A DNA stretch of 64,000 nt from Protoeuglena noctilucae. Taxonomy: Eukaryota. Location: assembly GCA_958009085.1 (NCBI GenBank), contig OY253689.1:124001-188000 (forward strand), written 5' to 3'. Made by a program: the position numbers and the translations under genes. Of this stretch, positions 12,346 through 25,300 are shown in pieces. A model generated the notes under the pieces. It was given only the letters and a program-made list of their open reading frames with translations. It ran no database searches and was not told where the DNA came from. Within the stretch, counting starts at the first letter, position 1. Every line of letters begins with the position of its first letter.

Positions 12346-15144
12346 ATGGGCCTCGGGGATGAGGCCGCGGAGAACCTGGGGATGCAGGACCCAAACCTGG
12401 AGCGGTCGTTCCGGGGCCACAGGGGAGCAGTGCACTCGGTGTGCTTCAATCCGAGCATGAAGCAGCTCATTTCGGGTGCGTCGGGGCCTGCTCCGCGCCG
12501 CCCCCTCGCGCCCGCCCGCGCGCCCGCCGGGGACCCCGCGGCCGGTCCCGCGGCGCGCCGAGCGTCGCGGTTGCTTAACAAGCGCCCGTAACCGTTGCTG
12601 TCCTGCCCCAAACGCCTCCCCTGCGCCGGCGTTCGCAGGTGGCAAGGACAACATGGTCATGGTGTGGAATTTCAAACCCCAGATGCGGGCCTTCCGGTTC
12701 GCGGGCCACCGCGGCGCCGTCTACTCCGTCGCCTTCTCCCCGTCGCACGCGCTGCTCGCGTCCGGCTCCCAGGACTGCACCGTGCGCATTTGGCAGCCCA
12801 CGGTGGAGGGACGCTCCACCATCATCAAGGCAAGTCGCATGGTCATAGCTGGGGTTGTTTCTGCTGTGGAGCGCCCGGCTCATGGGCTTCCGCGTGCCTG
12901 GTAGCGATCCGGCGGGGCGGCGGCACCGCCAGGCTTGGCACGTCTCCGCACGTCACCCACCACCGCGCTCTTCTCTCCTCACCCCGCTCTCCCCGCTCAC
13001 CCTCTCACCCCCACCACCCCCCCCACCTCCCCCAGGCCCACAACGGCTCCGTGCGCTCCGTGTCCTTCGCCGCGGACGGCCGCTTCCTCCTCACCGCCTC
13101 GGACGACAAGACGGTCAAGATGTGGTCGCTGCCCAACCAGCGGTTCAAGGGGTCCTTCTCGGGGCACCTCAACTGGGTCCGGTCGGCGGAGTTCGCGCCG
13201 GATGGGAGGCTCGCGGTGTCGTGCGGGGATGACAAGGTGAGAGGGGGAGGGTGTTGAGTGTTGTTAAGAGGTGGGGTAGGCGTGTCCTGCAGGGACGACA
13301 AGGTGAGTGCGGTTGGGTGGAGAGGGGGTGTTAAGGTATGCCCCACAGAGGTGTCGGATGCGCTAAGGGGTGACACCAGTCACTCACCGTCACAACATCC
13401 ACACCAGCACCCCACCACACCCCTCACCCCTTTCCCCCCACCCAGACCGTCCGCTTATGGGACGTGGAGACGCGCAAGTGCGTCCACGTGTTCGAGGACA
13501 CCAACCACGCCGCCCTCGCCAGCGTGGCCTTCTCCCCCGACGGCACCTGCGTGGCTGCGGCCGGCATGGACCGGGACGTCAAGGTCTGGGACGTGAGGAC
13601 CAATTCGCTCATCCAGTACTACACGTCCCACTCACGCCCCGTCAACGAAGTGCGATTCCACCCCTCGGGGAACTTCCTGGTCTCGGCCAGCCAGGACGCG
13701 ACATTGAAGGTGGGTGACGGTGGGGTTTGGGTGGTGATGGTGAACTGTGTAGTGAATGTGTGGTGGTGATGGGGGGTAGTGTTGCAGTGTGTCTCGGCCA
13801 GCCAGGACGCCACGCTCAAGGTGGGAGGGTGATGAGTGTGACAGCGGTAGTGGTGATTTGTGTTTGGGACAGCGACAATGGTGGGGATTGGTGGTGTGTG
13901 TCGGCCAGCTTATTGGTACATTTCTCACCCCCAACTCAACTCAGGTCTGGGACCTGCGCGAGGGCCAGCTCATGTACACGCTGCACGCGCACGAGGGGTG
14001 CGTGAACGGCGTCGGGTTCTCCCCTGCCGGCGACTACTTCGCCTCCGCGGGCGTGGACGAGCAGGTCATGGTGTGGAAGACCAACTTCGATCGCAACTTG
14101 ACGAATTACGTCATGGCGGACGTGGAGAGGCACGGGGCGGGGGGGGAGCACAGGGAGGGGAGGGTGAGGGGGGTGGGGGCGGTGGGAATGGTAGTGGTGG
14201 GGAGGGTGAGGGGGGTTGATGAGGAGGGCGTTCCTTGCTGCCACATCCTCACGGACACATTGATACCACTACCATTACCACAATCACCCCCACCCTCACC
14301 ACTCACCCCACCACTCACCCCACCCACCCCCAACCCCCCTCAGGTGAAGGACGGCCCCCCGCCCGGCTTGGCCGCCGACGGCCGCCGCCGCGCCACCCCC
14401 CACGCCCCCTCCCTTTTCGACGCATCCGCTAAGAACGGTGATAACGCGGGCATGGGTGGGCACGAGGAGGGCGGCAGGGTGTTCGTGCAGGCGGGGATGC
14501 CGATGAATCTGGAGAACGTGCCGGAGGGGCTGGCGGTCACGCTGCAGCACATGTCGCAGCAGGTGAGATGGGGATGAGAGAGAGGGAGATGCGTGTTGAG
14601 TGGGTGTGGGTGTGACGCTGCAGCGCGTTCACCTTTCCCACACCAACCCCACCCACACCACCCCCCCTTCACCCCCAGGTGGACGTGCTCACGCAGAGCA
14701 TGGCCTGTTGAACCCTCGTCCATGCTTTCATTTTTTAATATCAACCCCACTCTCTTCACCCCTTGTCACCCCCAGGTGGACGTCCTCACACAGAGCATGG
14801 CGTGGATGGAGGCGCGGACGCAGCTCAACGAGGAGCACATCCGGGGACTGGAGGTGAAGCTCAACGCCATACTGGAGGCGCTGGGGGTGAAGACGGGGCA
14901 GGGGCAGGCCGTGGGGCAGATGGGTGGTGGGCAGATGGGGCAGGGGCAGGGTGGGCAGATGATGGGGCAGGGTGGTGGGCAGATGATGGGGCAAGGGCAG
15001 ATGGGGGTGATGCAGGGTGGTGGGCTGATGGGACAGGTGGTGGGGCAGGGTGGGCGTGGTGGTGTGGCGGCGGAGGGGGGTGCGTCGCTGCAGCTGGGAG
15101 TGGGCGGGGCGGGTGGGGTGGCGGGGGTGGCACCGGCGAAGTGA
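12346..15144 (+). CDS. POC1: Centriolar WD40 protein POC1
   Basis: DPNLERSFRGHRGAVHSVCFNPSMKQLISG; WD repeats (HLNWVRSA, VWDLREGQLMYTLHAH, QVMVWKTNFD); C-terminal Poc1 coiled coil TLQHMSQQVDVLTQSMAWMEARTQLNEE; GQM-rich tail. Confidence 0.95.
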
Positions 15145-15427
15145 GATGTGCTGCCGGGCTGGGCGCGATGGATGGGCATGTTGACGTTTCATGCATTTCG
15201 TCACCTACGCAACCTCGTTGAATCACTAACATCGCTGCCGTCGGCTTTCAGTAGCCGTGCCGTGCGTGCGTGCCAGGCACCGCCGCAAACAGCTGCTTCT
15301 GTCACTGACTCAGGCCTCCCGTGCTCTCTTCACACTTCGAAACTCAAAAGTCCTGCCCGTCTGGGTCAACACAGATTCAAAATGTACAACCACACCCAAA
15401 CCCCCACCCCCGCACACAAAGTCACCC

Positions 15428-18400
15428 TCACGCCGAGCTCGCCGCCTGCGCTTTGACCTTCCCCCCCTCCCCCGCTGTCGCCCTCCTCTCCACGGTCATC
15501 TTCAGCCCGTTGCGCGTGTGGATGGTGGCCCCCGTGGTCAGCCCCACCTCTTCAGGCGGAGTGGCCAAGGCGAAGCGGAAGCGACGCACCAGCATGGCCA
15601 GGCACACCGTGGCCTCGAACATGGCGAACTGCGAGGGGTGAATGGGGACTTGTATTGATTGAGATGTGCGCTCAAAAATGGCTAGGCACACGGTGGCCTC
15701 GGACATCGCAAACTGCGATGGGTTAGTGGGGGAGTGCGTTGGTTAAGATGTACATGCAAGCATGGCCAGGCACACGGTCGCCTCGAACATGCCTCTACCC
15801 ATGCACGTCGCATGACCTGTACAAACCGCTACCCCAGCACATGCCCTCGTATGTCGTTAACTACCCAGCACCGTGTCTCACCTGGTCCCCCACGCATTTG
15901 CGCATCCCCCCCCCGAACGGCAGGTAGGCGAAGTCCGCCATGGTCTCATTGGGGTAGAGGGCGCCGGGGGAGGCGTCGGGGTTGAAGCCGGACCACTGGG
16001 GGGGAACGGGGGATGTGGGAGTGAGGGAAGGGAAGGCGGAGAGGGGGAGTGGTGCAAGGGGTGGCGAGGGTGGGGCGGAGTGGGAGGGAAAGGCGTAGAG
16101 CAGCGAATGGGCCGCGACACACTCTATCCATCCTCCTCCTCTTCCCCCCTCTCACGATGTCTTCCTACCCCCCACACACCCCACGCAACCCCTCCCCTTG
16201 CACCACCCCAACACCCCCACCTTGTCCTTCCACTCCGGCCGCGGCTCACGGCGCTCGGTGAACCTCTCGGGCCGGAAGGTCGCGGGTTCGTCCCAGAGCA
16301 GCGGCGACCGGTGGAGATTCCACGTGGAGATGAAGACGTCGGCCCCCTTGTTCAATGGGACAGAGGGGAGGTCCGTCAGTCCTCCGGGCAGCTCCACGTC
16401 TTTCAGTGTGCGGCGGATGAGGAAGGGGGGCTGGGGGTACATGCGGAGGGACTGCGGGGGTGGAGGTGGGGTGTGAGGCATCCTCCGCCAGGCACGCCCC
16501 TCACTTAACCTGCTCCCACCCCCATCCTTCCCCTCTCCGCAACCCCCGTCACCTCAGCCAGGCACGCCCCTCACCATCCCCACCCTCACCCAACCCCTAC
16601 CTCCACCCCTCCCCCTCACCTCTGCCAGGCACGCCCGTGTGTAAGGCAGCGCCTTGATGTCGTCCAGCGTCGGCACGCGGTCCCCCAGCACCTCGTCGAT
16701 CTCCCGTTCGAGTCTGGCCAGCGCCTGGGGCGCCTGGGCCAGGCTGAAGAGCGTCCACGTGAGCACGGCAGCGGTCGTCTCGTGCCCGGCGATGAGCATC
16801 GTCATCAAATCGTCCCGCAACTGTTTATTCGAAATGTCCTCTCCCCGTGAATCGACCAGGAATCGCAGGAGTGAGGGGTCCTTGATTTTGCTGTAGTCGC
16901 GTGCTTGCAGGGCCTCCATGTCGTCCTCCTGTCGGGTCTCCTTGGCCTTGTCAATCAACTCGTCCAATGCCTGGAGTGGTATGAGGGCATGGGAGGGGTA
17001 ACGGTGGCATTGAGGGTAGCCATGAGGGTGGGGGTAGTGAGGGTGGCAGTGGGGGTGGCAGTGGGGGTGGCTGTGAGGGAGGCAGTGGCAGTGAGGGTGA
17101 GGTGCAAGCACGGACCCCACACAGTCGCCACCCACTCCCACTTTCTAAAGTGTCACCTTAGAAATCACCCCCATCTGTTCCTTGAACTTCCTCTGCCTCG
17201 GCACCACCAGGTCATTCCCGGGGATGTTCCAGTAGGGAATGTAGAAGGTCGAACGGTGCTCGGCCTCGCGGAGCACACCGTACACGGCCTGGGTGGGGTG
17301 ACAGGTGGTGGAGAGGTGGTGATGGGCAGGGCGGTAATGTTGAGTAGGGAGGTCTGGTGATGTGAGAAGCGATGTGAGAGTGGCAGGGGTGTAGAGGTGG
17401 TGACGGAGACAAAGTCGCAGCTGCAGTGAGTCCCATTGATAGATACCATGCCATTTTATAGTAAGTGATGGTACTATCTTATATCATAGCACCACAACTC
17501 CCTCGCCTTGATGACGGGCGACTCGGACGTGACGGACCCAAAGTCGTAGTTGAAGACCCCCAGTCCGATGATGTCCAGGGCCACGTTCAAAAACTCCGTC
17601 TCCATGTCAAGCACAGGCTTGCCGTCCTATGTTGGGTGGGAGGGGAGAACAGGGTGGGGGTGGAGGTGGTTGTGAGGATTAATTGCCCCCTGGGGGTGCA
17701 GAATGATGCAGCACTGCACAGCTCTAACCAAGGCGGCACATCAACCGGCACCGCAACGGCAAGACACAACAGCAGAAGCAGCACCGTATGAGCCATGCCT
17801 CACTCCCTTGCCCTCTCTAACCCCTTCTCATAACACTGTCTCAAACCCCATGCCACCCTCACCTTGCGCCCCAGCAGCCCCCCGACCTGCTTCCCGTCGA
17901 TGGCGTCCCCCAGCTTGGCCACGGTGCGCTCCGTGCACTGCCCGAACATCTGAATCATCGCATTCAGGTACGCCTTGTGGAAACCGGGGACGATGGCACG
18001 GCGGCGCACCTGCAGGATGCGGTGGATGGGATGGGATGGGTGGGTGACGCAGTGCACACACACCGGCAGCGAGGGGATCTCAACTCAAGTGGACCCCGAG
18101 GAACGGCAGATGGAGCAGCTCATACAAGAGGCAACTCGTATAATACTCGTAATCCCATTCCCATCATCTTCGACAGCCCTTCCTTCTCTCGCCTGCCACG
18201 TCTCGAGGTCGGCCGGGATGAGCCCCTTCCCCATGATGGCCTCGAGGATCTCGGCCAGCACGCCCTTGTCGAAGCTATAGGCCTCCTCGCGAAGAATGAA
18301 GCGAGCGATGACGGGGTCCGACACGATCAGGAACGCCTGCGGGGAGAAGGAGTTTGGTAGTGATGGGCACTGCATCTACTGCAGTGGCGCTCCCCACGCT

Positions 18401-18931
18401 TTCAACGAAAAACCGTCCTCCTCCCGCACATCTATACCTTGGGTCCGAAGGCCAGCTTGTAGACTCCGCCACTCTCGAGGTACCAGTCGTACAGCGGCGC
18501 GAAGAGAGGCCGCTCCCCATCCAGCACGGACACGTCCGCATCCACCGCAGGCACGTTCTCGCCGCCGAGGTTCGGCTGGAAGTAACCGGCCGACAGCTGC
18601 GTCACTATCCTCGAGAATCCGTCACGTAAGTCACCCTTGCCCTGCACGGCCGCGTAGACGGCCATCAGCGCCCCTGGGAGCGCGGAGACGGGCGGGCGTG
18701 GACCGCAGCGCCGCGCGGTGGCGATATTCTGCGCTCGCTGACGCGGCAACATGTTGCAAACAAGTAAGTTGTTACTATAGACGACGCACCCGGCGCGAAG
18801 AAGGCCGCGACGCCCGGGAGCCAGTCCGGCACGGCGCCCACGCTGGGCGGCCCACGGCGGACCGTGCCGGGGGCCGGGCGGCCATACCGCGAGGGCAGGG
18901 GACGTGCCAACGTTCCGGAGAAGCGCGTCAT
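15428..18931 (-). CDS. CYP97B: Cytochrome P450 CYP97B (plastid carotenoid-hydroxylase family)
   Basis: [69 protein letters not shown], heme motif [12 protein letters not shown]; transit-like N-terminus [15 protein letters not shown]. An extra upstream exon is possible. Confidence 0.93.
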
Positions 18932-19591
18932 CGAGGCCTGGGATGCGCGGCGAGCCCCCGCGCGGCACACATGGCCCCTGCGTGCCAAGGGACGCCTTAT
19001 CTGACTTCCCGGGAGCTCGAGTCCGCCGCGATGGGCGGCTTGTGTTCAGGAACGCGGTAATCGGGTGCGATATAGCCAATCGCTGGGCCGCGCCGTCCGC
19101 AGACGGGCCCTCGCGCGCACCTGCCCACCGCCGGGGACGCATGCGCGAGGAAGGTCCTCGGAGCCGCCGTGGCCGCGACGAAGTCACACATCTCCGGTCG
19201 GGACGAGGATGCCACGCTCCTAGCCGCCGCCGGCAAGGTCGCCTGCTCCGCGAGAAGCCAATGGGCTGCGACCGGGCGAGGCAGTCGGGTGCGCGCACAG
19301 GACGGAAGGCCGATGAACCGACAGTCGCAGCCGATGGTCTTGTTCCTGTCGGATTGTCACAGTGCAGAAAGGACCAGATGAAATCGTGGACGGCATTGTC
19401 GGCGTTTTCCTGCGGGGAGGGCACCGTGGTCGGTCCACCCTCCCCGCTCCTCGACACAGCATGGGCACGAGCGGCTTCTGCCCCTCTATCTGCACGTTCC
19501 ATAGAGCGGTAGCAAAGACCCGTGCTGCTTTCCTGGGCCCAGCTCTGGCCCTGGGCGTGTTGAAAACGTGCCGGGCCCTCATCGACTGCCG

Positions 19592-21924
19592 ATGTCCGCT
19601 CCCCGACAGGCCAAGAACGCTTTCGCGATCCTCGGGAAGAAGCGCCAGGCATCAGAGCCACGCTCCTCGCAGAAGCGGCCCAGCGCGGGGCCCAGCGCGG
19701 GGCCGCAGAGCCGTCTGGCCGCCTGCCCTATCTGCGGGGCCAGCGTCCATCATCTCTTGTTGGAGGACCACGTCGACTCTTGCCTAGGGTCCGCCGAGGG
19801 CCGGGGCGGCCCGAAGCGCATCAAGCGAGGGTCCGTCGAGTCGGTCGAGACAGCTCCCACCCAGGTCGTCCAGTCGGGCGGGGCCAGCGTCAGCGCCGGT
19901 CTCCGTGTGGACGCGGAGGAGCACGAGGGCACGCCCTGCGGCGGGGCGAGCACGTCCGGGGGCGCCTTCCAGGTCCTTTTGTCGAGCGAGCGCGCGCGAT
20001 GCACGCGGCAGTACTTCTACCTGGAGCGCACCGGGCAGGGGTGCTGGACGTGGCACTGGGGCAAGATGTCGCCCAACGCAGACCGGCCGCCCGACCTGCC
20101 CCCGCCCGCATGGTCCTCAGGCGAGGGGCTGCAGGGCTAGCTGTGCGTCATGCCTGCATGGTCATCGCTCCGTCTACTCTTGCCACTTCGTTTGCATCGA
20201 CCATCGCTCGCAGTAATGAGCCTGCGGAGTGTCTCCATGGTGCCCGTGCACGTGCCTGGGTCTGTGCTGCCCAAGGGTGCCAAGCACTCCTTGGTGTTGC
20301 TCACGAACATCCCGCCCCAGGCCGGTGGGGCTTGGGATGAGGAGACCCTGGGCGCTGCACACCCGCGAGGGGAGCCTAGGTACACGGGCTGGCCAGGCCT
20401 GCTCAAGTCCGCCCTGCAGAAGAATGTGCGCCTCTGCCGCGCCGATGCCGCAGGTGTGATGTGATGCGCGAGCCCTGGGTTGGGCACAGGGATGTGCGGA
20501 GCTGATACGCTTTCTAATCATGCCATGTGGCTGTACGCCCACTGCCCAACCCTCTGCTCTTCTCTCTTGCAGCGCGCGTGGCGCTCCATCTGATGGCCAT
20601 GGCACCCGAGGAGGCGCTGCGGCGGATCCCAGTCATTTGCGTCGAGGATGCCAGTGAGTACATGACGGACCGGAGCCATCCATATCATGCAATCATGACG
20701 CCTCACTACCGCCACTCGCAGCTGTCTTGCTAGCACGGTCCCCGCCCGTTGCCATTCACGCAGTCCTGCACCCGGCCATGGCACTCCTTGTGTGGCTAGC
20801 GGCGGCATGTGGCAAGGGACACCGTCTGGGATTCGCACACGCCGCCACGGTGGCGGAGATTGTGCACCAGGTACGACCCACAGCCATAGCCAGGTGTACG
20901 ACACCATGGACGCCTAGCGAGCAATTTCCTTCCATCTCCCGACACCTCCTATGCCCTCCATGCCCGCCCCCAGGTGGCCAGCGTGCCGTTGCGAGACGTG
21001 CTCGGCGCGTCTGAGGACGACGGAGCGCCAATGGATGACGAGGATCCAACTGACAGCAATGTCGCTGCAGGGAGCCAGCGGCGTGGGGAGCCAGGGCCAA
21101 CGACGGCGTCGACTACGATGGCAGAGGTCATGGCAAGCCACGAGGATCCCATGGCGAGGGCGGCCGTGGCTTCGGTGCTGCTCCGTGCGGTGCTCGGGGG
21201 CATGCGGGGGGACGTGGAGTTGCTGCATCAGTGTGCTGCTGCGTGGCATGCGAGGCTGCAGGGCCGGGGGGACCAGGCACGGCCCCCGGTCGCTCAGCCG
21301 CCTCCACCCGGGTGCATCTGCGTGGCGAGTGAGCTGGTGGATGGGGGCCCAGGGTCGGACGAGCTTGCCGGTGACAAGGCAGCGTGCGAAGTGTGGATGG
21401 GATTCCTAGCCAAGCTGCACGCGCAACAGGCGGGGCGCATGCGGGACCCGCGGTCGGGCGAGTGGGTGCAGTTGGACGTGGCGCGGCTCGGGCCCGTGCA
21501 GCCCGAGGATATCCCGGTCGCGGCCGTCGACTTCCACTGCTCAGACATCGTGGAGAGCCTGCTGGCCGACGAGGGCCTGGCGGGCGACGCGGTGCGCGAG
21601 GCGGCGCGGGCGGCGGTGGAGGCGGCCCCGGAGAGGTTGAAGAGCCCGGAGGAGGCCATACGTCGCGCCATGTGGCGGTTCAGCAGCAGCACCAACGCGA
21701 GGATGCCGATGTGGGAGCCGCCGTCCCCGGCCGGCGACGACGTCGCGTTGCAGCAGGCGAGCAGCTGCGCTTGGAGGTCCCGCTGCGCTGGACAGGCATG
21801 CCGCGGCTGCAGCACATCACGCTCGTGACGCCCGCAGGCCCTCGAGGTGCTGTGGAGCGTGGTGGGACCGCATGCGACCACCTGGGCGGAGTCGCTGATT
21901 GCCTCCAAGTTCGAGTCCTCCTAG
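19592..21924 (+). CDS. UBZ4/Rad18-type zinc-finger protein with MgsA/WRNIP1 C-terminal-like helical domain; no AAA+ domain seen
   Basis: CPICGASVHHLLLEDHVDSCL; LLKSALQKNVR...ALRRIPVICVEDA; AAVDFHCSD; last exon ends KFESS-TAG. Confidence 0.7.
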
Positions 21925-22321
21925 CCGCACCCCGTTTCGAGCATTGGATTGACTGTCCCGCGGGGGGCAGGGGCAAACCCGGCTGGCATGACGGACACGC
22001 CGCGTTGTGCACTGAAGCAGCAATGCGGCCGCGTCAGGCTCAGTCATTGGAATCGTGTCTACGTCCTTGCACTCCTGCGCCGTGAATTCTGCATCGGGCT
22101 TCTCGGCCCCCGAGAACCGTCAGCGAGCTCAGCGACAAGGGCCCTCTCGCCGTCAGCTAGGAATGTTGCAAATGTTACGCCCCTGACGGCGTGACAGCTT
22201 GCGCCTCGGGCCCGAGCGGCTCAGCGCACTCGACCCCGACTCTGCGCCTGCCCCGTGCGAGGGGCGCCGTGGGGAGAGAGGACCCGCGTGAGCTGACGCT
22301 GTGCCATAGAACGGGCCCGAC

Positions 22322-25300
22322 ATGGGCTGCAAGAACTCCAAGGTCGCGGTGGACGACCTTGGCACCTCGCAAGAGTGGGAGCGGGGCAGGAAAGAGAGGT
22401 GAGAGGGCGTTTGCGTGCATACGGCACATTCGCTGCCTCCCGCGACCCTGGCACATCCCTCCGTGCCCGTGGGCGACCGGGCAGGTCCTGCGCCGACGGC
22501 CGGGGCGGGGCTGAGATGTGCGCCGTTGGCGCGGCCTGCTGCGCGCCCGCCTGAGCGCCCGCCGCCCGGTCCCGCGCCTCCCGCAGGCCTGAACACATCC
22601 CAATTTCAAAAACGAAGAACGCGGTGCGCCCGACCAACGGGCACCACAAGGGCCACGCGGACGAGCACCGCATCCCTTCCGACGAGAAAGAGTCGCACCG
22701 GCTAGACGGCGTCGGAGACCCGAACGGTCTCGCGAAGCACGTCATCTTCGATTCGGAGGCGCTCCTCCCGGCCGTGCGTCCGACCGCGCCGGACGGCAAG
22801 GGCCCGCGCGGCATCCTCCCGCAGACCAAGCCCCCTCGGCCGACGGGCACAAGCAACCGGGCGTCCGCGGAGGACGGCCGTTCGCGCAGGAGCAGCGATG
22901 GGAACCGGTCCATTGAGGGCGTGGACCCCCGGCAGAAGTCCCGCGTCCGCTTTGCGGGCCCAGGCGGTGGGGCGGGCCCCTCTCGCCCGACGAGCGCGAC
23001 GGGCAGGCGGACGGGGGACGGCGACGCCCGTAACAAGACGATTGGAACGCTCACGAGCTGGCAGCTTATCGCCGCGGAGGTCATGCAGGACGTGAGGGGC
23101 ACGTGCGCGCATGCGTGGGCCGGTCCACATGCCCCCCGCCCGCGCTCTCCGCTCGGCCCGGCCCCGGCGCAAGCGCAGTCTGCGCATGTCACCCTGCTAC
23201 AGGTTGCTGACGGGACCACTTGCCGCTTGCGCTCGCAGATGGCGCGGGACGGCAACCCAGGGGGGGGCGCCCGGCGCAGCGCAGCGGGAGGGTCCGTGCA
23301 GTCCCGCGCGACCGGTCCCGGCGGCCCGCCGGCCCTCGGCATCGGGGCGTTTGCGTCCGGGGACAACCCGAGCAGCAACGACACGTCAGAGACGGCGATT
23401 CCGCCCGGGCGGCAGCTGCAGGGAGGGGGGCGCCCGCGTTCGCGGAGCAGCGCGGACGCGGAGGACGAGGACGAGGACCCGCAGGCCCGGAACGATATTT
23501 TCGCATCCATCAAGAAGATGCAGGTGAGGCCCGGGGCGCGCAGGGCGGCGTCGGTGGCCGCAAAGGTGGCGGAGCAGGTCGGCTGCAGTGCAGCATGGCG
23601 AGCCCCTCAGGTTGCGTCACGCGCGGTCCGTCCCGTCACGTCCTCCGCAGTGGAAGTCCTTTTCCGAGGAGTACGAGCTGGGCCGCACGATTGGCGCGGG
23701 AGCGTACGGCAAGGCGGTGGAGTGCACGCGGCGGTCGACCGGGGACCGTTTCGTGGTCAAGGTCGTGGACACGCGCGGCATGAGCCTCAAGAGCCGGCTC
23801 GAAGTGCGGAACGAAGTGCGCGTCCTCTCGCAGCTCTCCCACCCGAACATCGTCCAGGCGAGGGGGCTGCACACAGCGGGTCGTTCGCCTGCCGCCCTCT
23901 CTTTCTTGCCACCCTGCCCCGCACTTCACCGACCGCGTCCTCCTTCGATTCCCCGCAGTATATTGAGGCCTTTTTCGAGGACGGCACGCTGTACATTGTG
24001 ATGGAGCTGTGCGAGGAGGGCGACCTGACGTCCTTCATCAAGAAGCGCCGGGGCCACTTGCTCCCCGAGGACGACGTGATGCGCATCTTCGTGCAGATAT
24101 GCCTCGGCCTGGCGCACACGCACTCCGAGGGCGTGCTGCACCGCGACATGAAGCCCAGCAACATCCTGCTGTCCAAGGGCAGCATCGTAAAGCTGGCCGA
24201 CTTCGGCATCGCGCGCGTCATGTCCGGCAAAGAGAAGCTCGCCAAGACAGTCGTGGGAACGCCCTACTACCTCTCGCCCGAGATCTGCGAGGACCGCCCG
24301 TACGGCGTCAGTTCGGACATGTGGTCGCTGGGCTGCGTGCTCTACGAGCTCTGCGCCCTCAAGCGTCCATTCGAGGGCACCTCCTTCCCCTCCCTCATCG
24401 TCCGCATCCTCAACGGCAAGTACCCGCCGATCCCGTCCAGCTACTCGGAGGACCTCCACGGCGTCATTGAGGCGCTGCTGCAGAGGGACCCCGACGCGCG
24501 GCCGACGCTGGACGACATCCTGGTGAGGGTGGAGTGGATGGGGCGTGTTAGTGGTGTGAGGCACTTGTTTGGTTGCATAGGATGACTGGCCAGCCCTGGA
24601 TGAGATGACACCCTAGGCCTGGTTGGGGCAGGAGTGGATGGGGTGTACCGCTAGCGAAAGCGATCTCATCTCATCACCCCTCTCCCCATCCCCGCAGTCG
24701 CTGGAGTTCGTGAAGGAGCACCTGCAGACGTACGCCATGTACATCAAGTCCGTGGCACCCAAACGACTGTCCAGCTTCCGACGCACCCTCGAGCCCAGGC
24801 TGGGGGCGGCCACCTTTGACGTGAGTGCGGGGTGGCTGGAGCTATGGCACTCGGTGCTGCTGTATTGGCGACGGCAACGCGTGAGCTGCTGTTGTAGTGT
24901 TTTGGCGTCTTGTGAGATGCCACCCGCCCTGGCTTGTGTGCTTGCCATCTCACCAAGCTCTCGCACCTCACCACACTCTTGCACCTCACCCCACCACTAC
25001 TCTCACCCCCCTCTCGCTTCCCCACCCCTCCCCCCCAGTCCGACCAGGCGGGCCCTCGCCCCACCGACTCCGACAACGCCGACGGGGAGGGCGAAGGCGC
25101 GGACAACAACGCAGAGGGCGGCGAGGGAGGGGCAGGGGCCGAGTCGGTCTACGACCCCTACGGTGGCGCTAACAACAACAATGGGGCTCCCCGTGTGTCC
25201 CGCAAGTCTCGCCTGTCCATCGCGTCGACGGCGCACAAGGGCGGGGCGAGGAGCGCGTCGGAGGACGTGGATGGGGATGTGGATGGGGACGGGGCGGGGG

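Noticed and set aside
19318..19376. Possible H-type pseudoknot (ccgacag/ctgtcgg; tggtctt/aggacca), e.g. a structured ncRNA
   Set aside because: Only 7-bp stems, expected by chance; no telomerase template or recognisable Pol III promoter nearby.
18932..19661. 409-aa open frame extending CYP97B upstream
   Set aside because: It overlaps the start of the divergent gene and is not transit-peptide-like; a spliced N-terminus fits better.
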